This document shows, one piece after another, positions 26,601-38,600 of a stretch of 64,000 nucleotides of DNA; positions within the stretch are counted from its first letter, which is position 1, and every line of letters starts with the position of its first letter. Under the pieces are notes generated by a model, which searched no databases, was not told the DNA's origin, and saw nothing but the letters and a program-made list of their open reading frames with translations. The DNA comes from Lytechinus pictus. Taxonomy: Eukaryota. Made by a program: the position numbers and the translations under genes. The stretch spans positions 6,698,001-6,762,000 of the forward strand of contig NC_087251.1 in NCBI RefSeq assembly GCF_037042905.1. Reading direction: 5' to 3'.

Positions 26601-29600
26601 TATATACTGAATGTACAGTGCAGCTAATAGTGTGTGTATAGGAGATACACACAACAGAAGGCAGTCAAAATAGCCAACGGACTTTTTGAATTTGAGAAAA
26701 CTGGTCATAAGCTGAACCCGTCTACTAAACGGTTCTCAAAATCAGGCTAATAAATTGCTACTTGTATCTAAATTAGAGTTTTTCATCCTATATTGTGGTC
26801 TGTTTCAGGGTTTTTGAGGACAAATACAGGCACTCATACGCACGTTTCAACTCAGTTTGAGAATTTTTTTAATCAGCTGCTCACAAAGTTAAACGATCCC
26901 TTTAAGTTGCATAAACTGTATCTCTGATATCACATTGGTCTGATGCATTTGTTGCTAAATTTTGAATAAGAAGGTATATAAAGGAAATGACATAGCTGAC
27001 ATGGGGTGGAGTAAAAAGGACAGAGATGGAAATGAAACCGTTACCAGTTACCAGACAGATTAAAGCTATTACTTCATTTTGAATAACAGACTATCGATTG
27101 GTATGGATTCAATTTCATTTGTGTGAATGTGATATTGTAGGTTGTTAGAGTGAGTCCATCTTGTTTAATCGATTGCACTGCACCCCCCTAAAAAAGCCCA
27201 ACTAATTTAAATGACAGTATGTAATGCTATTGCATTAGTTTTGATTTTGCCATTTATATTTTTTTTAATGTGTTGCATGAAATTCTTACTGCATCTTACT
27301 GAATATAGCACAGCATCGGAGCAGGTGAAGAGATGGATACAGATATGAAGAAAGGTGATGCAGAAGATTTGTCAGAAAATAAAAATGGCTTTGAGAAAGG
27401 ATCTGTTGAAATCTCTTCAACTACAGAAGATAGAAATATGAAAGGTGAGTGAAAAATCAATTTAAGTGATATTTTTTTGTATTTCTCATGAATTTACATT
27501 ATCTCATATTAACTTAATAATTATTTCATGCTTTTAATTTTATTAGGATTAAATGAGAATAAAAAAAAAGAGATTTGCAAGCATTGTTTCATAGTTGTTT
27601 CAGATAAATGTGCTGGCTGCCTCTCACGTCTGTTTATCAATCATCTGTCATATCTAATCTCACTTAGAAATAAATCCATCTTATTCATCATATACAGTAC
27701 CAATAGATGTGAAGAGTGAATGGATGAACATGAAGAAAAGAGAGGATGATAAATTACAATGGATGGATGATTTACCCAAACCATCTGCCAAGTCTAAGAC
27801 TGGTTCACAAGCTAGATTTGATTTCAATGGTCATTTAGTGGCTAGAGATGCTCCTGTGTTGGTCAGAGAAGGTCTGTTTCACCATGGAGAAGAACAAGAG
27901 GTAGATTGGACTTTAATTCTGTCATAAACTTTTCATTATATACAGGTTTTCAATTTGTTGCATTGTGCAGTGCTATTGAGTGACATCTGACCTTGGTCAA
28001 TTTGCTTTATGTAATTTAGGAAAATAGAAACATGTCTGCTAGCTTTTCATATTTAAATGAAATATATTAATAATCAATCACTATTTCATAGTAGTAGCCT
28101 GTGTTGTGTGTCAATAACTTCCCACTGAATGTCTCCTTTACATTTTCTTTATTGTCAGTTTCTGCCATACCCCCCTAAATTAAGTGATATTAAGTTAAAT
28201 ATATGATTTTGTGTGTGTTTTTTGTTAAATTAGGGTCTTTTGTATAAAACTTGTGTTTGAACACCTTGCGAAAATTCATCTGATTTTCAATCAGTTAGCA
28301 GTGTGCATCAAGGAACTTTATTTGAATTTTAGGAGTTGAATCAAAATGCAAGTTTCATGCAACTGACCCTTGACTTTCTTTGTAGGTACCTGGTTATACA
28401 CTAGAGGAGTTATTCACATTGTCTAGAAGTGCAGTCACACAGCAGAGAGTACTAGCATTACAAACACTTGCAAGACTCATCTACAATGTAAGTTTTAACT
28501 GAGGATGGATATTGTAGAAAGTAGTCACTTTAAGTTGATTCAGATTGTATTCATTACAAAGCTAAGTATTTCACAAAATGACACAAAATTCATTAGAAGT
28601 ATGATTACAGGCTGAACCCAGTTTGGTTTTATTACTATTACCGTATGTAAATATGTTCATTTAATCTGATTGTATAAATGAAAAGAAAGAAAAAATATGA
28701 CTCTTTTTACCTATGAAACCCTGTGATGGTAAAACAAATGAAAGTAAGGGTAAGATTATTATGACTATGGTGACTGTCTCAGTGGTCAGTTAAAAAGCCC
28801 TTTGATCTCACAAATATTAAACAGTTGTGTTTGGTTAGTAGAACTGTCATTAGATCAATGGTCATCTTCATATTCATGTTATACAGTGGGGGCATCGTGG
28901 TCTAGTGGTTACTACTCTTGTCTCCCAATCATGGGTTCAAATCCCATCTGTGGCATGTTTTCCTTCAGCAAAAAAATTGAGGTGAATGGGTACCTGGCAG
29001 GATTAATTCCTTGAATGCACTAAGCGCCTTTTGCAGCTGGAGCTACAGCCGGGGTAATATATAGTGCGCCATTGAATAGGCAACTAGATAATCTGCGCCT
29101 CATAAATGCTATTATAAATTTATTATTACAGTATAGAGCAGACTGTCTCAATGGTCAGTTAAGAAGTCCTCTGATCTCTAGACTCCTGAAAGCTGGTGTT
29201 CTCTTCCTATTGAGATGGTCCTTAGATGATTCTAATGAAGGCGTTCACTCAGCAGGGATTGAGGCTCTGGCTGCTCTTCTTATACAACCTGGTGATGAGG
29301 TTAGTAAACAGGATGAATGATATCACAATTTCTGGTTATGAGGTTGATAATCTAAACAGGATGAATAATATCACAATTTCTGGTTATGAGGTTGATAATC
29401 TAAACAGGATGAATGATAAAATGCAATTCCTGGTTTAAGAGGTTATTTTTCCATGCTACATTGACATGAAAACGTATCATGAACAATATTGTACATCACA
29501 GGCAGAAGGTTGTAATGGAGTGTATTATGGATTTTTTCAGTCTACAATGAGTTCTGTAGTTTTGTAGTTGAATTTTGTCATTGGATGTGTAGATCAGGTA

Positions 29601-32600
29601 TTTGGTAAATCTTACAAATGATTGCATTAAAACTAGAACAAACATTCTGATGTTCCTCATTTTCATCTGTTGTATGCTAGATCTGTTTTATGTTCATTTT
29701 GATGATATGATAGGAAAGGTCTGCAATATTCTCTTTTCAGATATGAGAATTGTCTGTAAAGGCATTTCAGAATGATAGTGTGAGTAGTGTCATAAGTCTA
29801 TGAGTAGTGCTCATCTTATAATTATTTCTTTTGTATCTTTGGCCTCTTTTGTAAATAGGATGATAAGAGTAAGCGCAGTTTTGGTAGCTTCCATAGCAAC
29901 AGAGTTCATCGACAATAAAAATTCAGGTTTTCATGAAAGTTACTTATGGAAACGTTACAATTATTGTAATTTCGAGCAGTTACTCTTTAATTTTGATTAG
30001 TTCCTAACCTAAATACCATGGGGCTGTATTCTGAGGTCATTTTATCTTTAAAATATATATATTTTAAAATATTTTATTTTATCTGAGATAAAATGGACCT
30101 CAGAATACCATGCCTGATTCATGAATATAATTCTTTGATTGCAGGAGGCCCTTGATAAAACCTTCTCATGGCATCTAGGATACAGTGTACCTCCAATGTT
30201 ACCAAGAAAAGATGCACCAGATGATGAGGAGGAGGAGGAGGATATGGATGATGATGAAGAGGAAGAAGAGGAGGAAGAGCAAAAACAGAACAAACCAGAT
30301 GAACACATTGCAAGTCAAGATGCTATTAAGGTAAGTTTTATCTCTGAATTTACTTAAACTATAAATTGATGAAATGTATTGTCCAGGCATGTAAAATCTG
30401 ATATACAGTATTGCACTAAAACATCAATAAATAATTATATTGGGTTTGTAATAATATAATTCTTATGTTAAAGTAGAGAAATCTCAAGTGTTAATAAGTT
30501 TTGGAAATAATAAAACTCCTTCAAATTATCTCAAATCAGTGTGGGAAATCCATTAAACCCAGACATTTTCTTTGCTCTTGAAAGGAAGAAAGGAAGAGCT
30601 CATAAATGTTTACTTCATCCATTCTTGATACTTTACTTTTTTTCCTTGCATGTAACTGTTATGCACACTTGAGCATTTTTTCATGTAAAATTGGTTAAAA
30701 TTGAGCATTCAAATATACAATACATTGTGTATCCCTATTAATGTCAAGCCTATTGATTTCATTTGTAGGGTCTATTGAAGATGTCTGTGTTACCTCGTTT
30801 GCGTTACATCTTAGAGGTGGTCAAGCCTACACCACCTGTCATCTTAAATATTCTAGCTTTCCTGATCAGAGTTGCAAGGCACTCCACTGAATCGGCTCTA
30901 GAAATCATCAAATGCCCTCGTCTGATGAACACAATCTTTAGAGAATTCTTACCCACTAGTTCATGGCAGAAACAAGGTCAGTTCTCTTTGTGGTAAAGTC
31001 ATTTTCAATACACCCTTGCTTAACCTCATATATCTGTAAACTGCTTATAGCACTTCAAGACATCCTGATGTATCATGCACTATGTCAAAGCAGAATAGCA
31101 TAATCATTATCTTTATTGCTATACTCATGCTTCTCCTTATGATATAAATGTGATCTCACTACAAAATATGAAAGCTAATGATCCTTTACTTTGAGTAGCA
31201 AAACGTGTCGTATAAAAAAAACCTATTTTCATGAATACATGTTGGATAAGGTAACTCTCCCAAAGTTGAATTTCTTGAAACACAGAAATTTGTTCTATTT
31301 TGGAGAAATAGTACTGAATTGAGGTAAATAAAAAAATGTTTTGCATAGTATGGTCTGAAAAATGTCTTAGAATTAGCCAATTATTCAATAAATTAAAGTT
31401 GACAGATGCAATCTGACCTGTCATGGTTACCACAAACTGACTCTGATGTTTGTATGATTTTGGCGACAGAGGATCCAGTATCAGATTTATATGGTCACCC
31501 TACGATGCTTGCCATGAAACTCATCAGAGTGTTGTGCCTCAGTAGTAGAAACATTGCAGCAATGCTGGTGAGTGTATCAATTTAATTGCTGTACACTTGT
31601 TTGTAATATATTAGGTATTATCATAAATAATTGACATGTAATGGGTATATTTTTTCTACTTGTGATTACCATAGAATTAAATTGATGTAAATGTAAAAGG
31701 TAAAAAAAAAAGACAATTGTCTGTTTTATATTTTATTCATCAATCATTCAAACTAGAATGTTTTAACCTTTTAAAGAATTGTTAAAACCTATGCACTCAT
31801 CCTCGTCTCTTTACTCTATATTTGTTTATTTCCAAATTTATCTTGTATCTCTATTCAAATTGATATTAAAAATTTCCTCATTCTGTATTATTTGATGCAC
31901 ATGTTTTGTACAATCTCAGTGTGAATTTTCATTATTATCCTTTATTCTCATTATCTAGCTATCCAAGTACCCACTGTTGACGATTATCACCCGATATTTC
32001 TCCATGGAGCCTACCGATATGAATCTCAATGTAGGAGAGGCGTATCATCTAAGTATTGAGAGCTTAAGAGCATGGTCAGCTTGCATCAGATATGGTTTTG
32101 GATGTGATGCTTACAGGTAGGAGCATTGGATAATGACCTTGGTTTCATTTGATTGTATCCCCCGAACAGAGTTCGGAGGATACTATGGATTTAGCCTCGT
32201 AGCGCCGCTGCCGCCACGTCCGCCGTGGGCGGAGACATCGTTGCCATGGTAACAAGAGTTTTTGTGGAAATAGCAGAGATTTCCTTGTGAGTGCTTTACC
32301 AGCTGCATTTCTTCTCCGATCATCTTCAAAATGTGGCATGAAGGTCCATTAAGCAAAGCCGCCTATTGATTTTGGTGTGGGCGGAGACATCATTGCCATG
32401 GTAACGAGTTTTTGTGGAAATAGCAGATTTCCTTGTGAGTCCTCTACTGGCTGCTTTCTTTTCCAATTATCTTCAAATTTGTCATGAAGGTCCATTATGG
32501 TAAAGCAAAGCCGCCTAATGATTTTGGAGTGGGTGGAAACATGGTTGCCATGGTAACCATATTTTTGTGGAAAATTTGGTAAAACCTGTAACTTCTGCAT

Positions 32601-35600
32601 TTTTCCCGTTTTCCAGTCATAACAGTTGGCACACAGAAGCAATATTAGAAGGTGAAGCGAAGATGCCTATCATTTTTGGTGGGGGTCTTAGGGTTAGGTT
32701 TACAAAATATATGTTTTAAAAGTTTTTCAAATTAATCACCAACAAGTTGCCATATTTATGTATTCTTATTTCAAAGGTATACTGCCTATGAGTTTTAATG
32801 ATCTTTTTACTAAGAATAGTGCAATACATTCATATAGTACTATGGCAACAGGGGATTTACGTTTACTGATCTTAAAACTTAATTTTTCAAAAACTACCAT
32901 TGCTTTCATTGGTTCTAAATGCTGGAATAATATTCCAGATGAACTTAAATTATGTCCGACTTTGTTAACATTTAAACGTAAATACAAGGCTTATATACTG
33001 CGTGTAGATATTTAATATACTTAGCATGTTTATCTTTTCTTCATAATCTTCTTTTTTTTTCATATCAATTCTCTATTCTCATCTTTTTTCCTATCTCTCT
33101 CCCTTTTCTTTCCAATCCCCCTCTCTCAAATTTCTGCCTGTCTCGCACTCCCTGTATCTCATGATATAAATGTATTTTTTTACTCTTATTCTGGGATTGC
33201 CCCCGATAAGCGTGTTTGGCTTTTTGGCAATTCCTCCGTATTCAGATTACATATTATGTTCTGCTTCTTTGGTTGTTTTTTTGTATTTTTTGTAGCTTTT
33301 GGTACTGGTATTTTTTGTATTTTGTCATTTTTAATTAATTCTTGTTTTTATTTTTTATCATGTTTTTATATTGTACAATTTGAATATGGAAATAAATGAA
33401 TTGAATTATTTAAATGGAATATTCTACCTCTAGAATATGGTTTAATGTTGTTTTTTTATCCATGAAAAGACATTTTTTGTGATACAGCCGAATGATTTGT
33501 GTATTTAATTAATTTCTGAAAACATTGATCTCATACATCCAATCAAAAGAAATGCAGGAGTAAACCCCTGAACCAGTAGAATTTGAACTTGCTGTATGTA
33601 ACACTTGATGGGCACTCTACCACCGGGCCAATATTTCTTCATGGCATACAAGGAAATGAATACCTCTGCTCTCATGAAAAGATTTCTTTAACAATTTAAC
33701 TTTTTCCAGAAAGCATAGTATTTAATAAGAATGTTTCATGTATGTGATAAAAGAGAAATTAGAAAAAAATACCCAGAATTATTTGTTGTACTTCCTTTCT
33801 AGAGAGTTGTATCCTCTACTGATGCATCAGCTTCAACTCTTCCAAAGACTATCAGTCCTCCCTCTGCCATCCACTGTAGAGAAGACTACATGTATGGTAC
33901 ACAGGTTGCAGCTTATTAGAGCAACTGCATTGATCTCACTGCTGGAGGGAGTGGTGCGGGTTGCAGGAACAGCAACAGAGCTTCAGGGAAAATTTGCAAT
34001 GAGGTGAGATGTATGTTGTTTTGAAATTAAATCATTTTGAATGGGCTGTTGATGATCTGGAGGCAAAATTAATTGAAAGTTTGATGTTTTGGTGATAGAT
34101 TTCATGGTTTTAAATAACAATTCCTGACTTTTCTCAAATTCCTGTGTGATTTTATATCTGTAAAACAACTTTCATTTAATATGTTATTATTTCATTTTTG
34201 TCTTTCACAACAATATCCCTCATGAACTCCTGTTTCAAAGGAAGGGTTATCTAAATGTTCTCTTCTTACAAGTATTGAATTTTCTCTTATGATCCAAAAT
34301 CATTCTCCAACCAGGATTATTTTATAGGGAGGGGGGATCATTATTTGAAAGAGAACATATATGAGAAATAATTGGCAGCCCCATATCTTTCCACCTCTAT
34401 ATCCATATCTATAGGAACATAAATTTCACAAAGTAAATAAGTAATGAGGAGATAAGTCATGAGTGTTTTATGTGCTAACATCTAAAATAGAGGTTTATGG
34501 TGTACATCAAACCAAACCGTACTTATTATCTACATTTCATGTCTTAGATACTTATTCTTGTAATATTCAGAAATGATGGCACAAATACAGAGGCGTCTAG
34601 CGAAGCAATCAGCCCACCACCCATTGATTGGAGTCATGTGACTGGATTGGCCACACCCCTCGAGACATGTATTCATCGTTGGTTAGTTGAGATGACTGGA
34701 TGTACTGAGGTGTTATATCCAGAAGCATGTTCATTGGCTGGTAGTGCCATGGACTTCTTAGCAACATTCTACTCAAACTACACTCAACAGGTAGGCAAAT
34801 GTTTTATCAATTATAATGCATGACTTGTCAGTAACATAAACTGAGTCTCCCAGACAAAGTGAATGGTAGAATTTTATTATGATTTTACATCAAATTGAGT
34901 ACTTGATATTTGATTTTTTTTCTTCATAATTTATGTTCATTTCATTTCAGATCATTACAATTGAAAAGAATTGCATACAATTAGATACAGATTAATACAC
35001 GTAAAATGTATCTAAAGAAGTTAAAGAATGTCACTACAATGCCTTTCAATTTAAAAAAGGATAATAAATACCAAATTACCTAGTTGAAAATAAACCCATG
35101 AAAACTAAAATAAGGCCATGTGGCCCCTAAAAATATGTTCCCTAATTTATGCAATACAGTATAATATTTTATTACAGATAATAAGTTACTGAAAAACATT
35201 ACAAAAAAAATTCTCATGATTAATAATTTTTTTTCCTCTGAAAATGTCTCATTTGTTGTGTATGTATGCTGTTACCACAGGCCTTGTATGTTACCACAGA
35301 CTTCCATCAATTCCGAGAACTCGTTGAATCACATTGTAACATATGTTGAAAGCATGCTCTTTCTATACTTCAAGTCCTTTCTCTCACAATCCATTTGTGT
35401 TCTTTATATGTATATATTTACCACAGGCTTCCTACAATCCAGTGAGCTCATTAAGTCAGATTGAATCATTTGTTGATAGTTTGCTGCTTCCATACATGGA
35501 GTCTACCTCTTTTTACTCAGCAGTTCACAATCTACAGTAAGTTCAAATCAATTTTTCAGCTATCTTATTAAAATTACTTTGGAAACAAACAAGTGATAGA

Positions 35601-38600
35601 AATCTATCAGAAATGTAATCTTGACCAATCGAATAGTAGTATATCAGTAGATTTGTGAGACTAGAACAACATTAGCATATGAAGGTTAGTGACATGATCA
35701 TAGCAGAAAAACAGGTAATTACCTATGAAAATGCTAAGTCTTATTTCTTTTACTTGTGCATTGCATACACGCAGGCACACTTGCACTGTCACTATTACTT
35801 CCACTGTAGAAAGCTTTTGTAATAACATTTTAGGTGCAACAATTTCAATATTACTTTGCATTTACCTGCACAGAACACACTCTTCACTGAGGTATGAACC
35901 TACACACCTCAAGAGATGCTCAACGCGTGCTCTACCCAGCTTCTCATGCCAAAGAGATGATTCCAGTGATGACACACCTCCTTGTGTGCGAAAGACATCA
36001 ACGTTAGGCTATGGTACAGCCCTCTTTAGATTCACATACCAGATGATCAAAATACACAAAGGTGTTGCATCCAAGTTTGAACCTATTGTACTGAGTTGCT
36101 ATGTCTTGCCCTACTTAGAGAACTTTTGTGGAGATGTTGTGTGTGGTAGCCTTGGTCTTGCTGAACATTTTGCTATTCATGAACATACAGCTGTGTACTT
36201 TCTCATCAAAATATTCCAGTGTGTGGTAAGTGTTAGATGCCCAGTCTGTTCAAATCTCCTTGATTTCTTTCTATGATTAGAATTAAACTTGAAATTGAAC
36301 AATGTTTAACATGGGTAAAAAATCCTGAGGTTGGAACGGGGGGAGAGAGAGATAGCTTATTAAAAAAACAGATTGTAGTAAAAATGTAATACAACAAATA
36401 TACAAACAGATGATGACAGAAAGTCTTTGTCAATAACTAAAATAGACATTCAAGTAATATCTTTAATTTTGTAAGAATATGAAACCTATCAGTGTGATGG
36501 CATGATTCTTTGCTCAGTATTTAGTAATATTTATATGCTTGCTATCATTTTCAAGGTTCAGCAAGTCGATTCCTGTAAGCATCATAGTCAGTTGTACCAC
36601 AGTGCTGCTATGAAGCTATTAGCAAGACTCCATCCTGGTTATGAACACTTTGCACATGATCTCTTATCAATTAGTCTCTTCAGTACAGAGTTCCTTGCGT
36701 AAGTCATTTCATAGTTTCTCTATCAATGCCATTATTGTAAGTGTGTTGGCCAGTCCTGCATTAATTTCATTATTTAAATTGACATATAATGTGATCATGC
36801 CGTACTATTGGCCAAATGTTCTTTATGAAAATGAAAGTTTGTCAAAATATAATTTGAGCAGAAAGGCTAGTGCAAAATGTACTCTCCTGGATGAAAGTGA
36901 GTTGATTTTATCTTCAGCAATATTACCTTTGAATATACATGTATATTTCTTTTAGTATACTGTTTCTAAGTGACTCATCTTATTTTTTTTAATATCACTT
37001 TCTGTCATACTTTTAGAAAAAAAAGGAAATACAATGGGGGCATAAATGTTTCCTTTTTACAAGTGCATTTTAAAACTATATAAGAAGTTCATCATCCAAT
37101 TTCCCTTCAATGTTTCTTTGAAGCATGGCTTTTATTTGCAATGAAATATAGATTGAATTAATGATCATATTAGCTTTTTGGTATGAAAAACAGTTGGATT
37201 TTGATTTGGTTGTGGTGATAATTTTTTTCAGAGAGGGAAATGTAGGAGATCCCATGGCGTCTGATCTTGCTGAATTCCTGACATTTTCAGACAAGGAACC
37301 GCCTCTCAAGGAGCGTGATAAGAGTAAAGGAGAGCTTCTACAGGAGGCCTATCAGAGGTTAAGCAGTATCAGGAACCTCTACATGGTCTACTTTGGCAAA
37401 GAACAGCCATCCTTGGCTAAATCAAGGTAAGATATTACTTGACAGGTTTTAATCTCTGGTGACTAATATCAATCTACTTTCTTCTTGTACAAGTTCTAAC
37501 AATAACTGTGACTTTCTTACCTTTGTTTTTTATCTTGTATAGAGCTAGGTGTTCAGGTAGACCTCAGGAAGTGACTAGTCTCACTCTACCTCCCCTACTT
37601 GGACCTGTTCTACCAATCGACTGGCCTTTCTTACCTCTGGTTCAGCTCTTCTCAGAAGCACAAAAAGCGTAAGTTTCATCATCATTGATAGTCACAATGA
37701 TAGAATTAATTGTTTTGTGTCAAAGGTCTCTTGTGTTTAGAGTGTATGTCAGAATCTTAAGCTCTGGATCAGTATTACACATATAGAAACATTAAGTTGT
37801 GAGAGTGAATACCAAATGTAATAATAAGGCTTGCATTTCATCAAACATCCAATAAGTCTTTTCATGAAACGCTCCCCTGGAATTTAAAATTGTCTCACTG
37901 GTTGTATGAGTTGAGATTGTTTGATGTTTTATAGTTCATTTTAATTGCATGTTTGTTTTGAAATCATCAAACTGTCTTTTCTACTCAAATATATTATAAC
38001 AATACTTACCAAATTTCATTCTCGGTGGACATTGAAAATGAATAATGACTTGATAACACATTCTCTCACCTTATAGTGAGATGAAAGGAAAGTCTGTGAA
38101 GTCACTACCTCCCTACATCATGGCTGCTTTAACTGATACACTAGGATGGGTTTTCATACTGGAGACATGGCGACCTTTGACCTTGAGGTCAATCCCACTG
38201 GCAGCCAAGATTGCAAGACTCTACTGCATCTTCCTCACTGGTAAGAAGTACAAGACATTGCTTGAACTTTATGGTGGAAATATATATGTATTTATCACTG
38301 TGGCATTTTCTTTTTTAGTTTTGTTCCCTCAGAAAATGTATTCCAATTCTGTCTTTGGGAAACCTTATGTGATATTGATAGGTTAAAATAGCATCATAGT
38401 TTGTTTGTAAATGTTGCTAGTTCAATAATTAGGAAAGAGAATCTTGTAAAGAATAGAAGAACATAGAAAATAGAATCATAAGAACACTTTTTTTTAGAAA
38501 TAATAAATGTAGCAAATAAAGAAAATAGGGAATACAAAAACTTATTACTTTAGGAAGAAAATGTTCTTTGTCTTTTCAGCCAGTGACTTGTTCATGGAAC

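Noticed and set aside
30211..30282. Long Asp/Glu run in RPAP1 exon 13 as a novelty
   Set aside because: In-frame low-complexity linker; from memory vertebrate RPAP1 has an acidic stretch in the same region.
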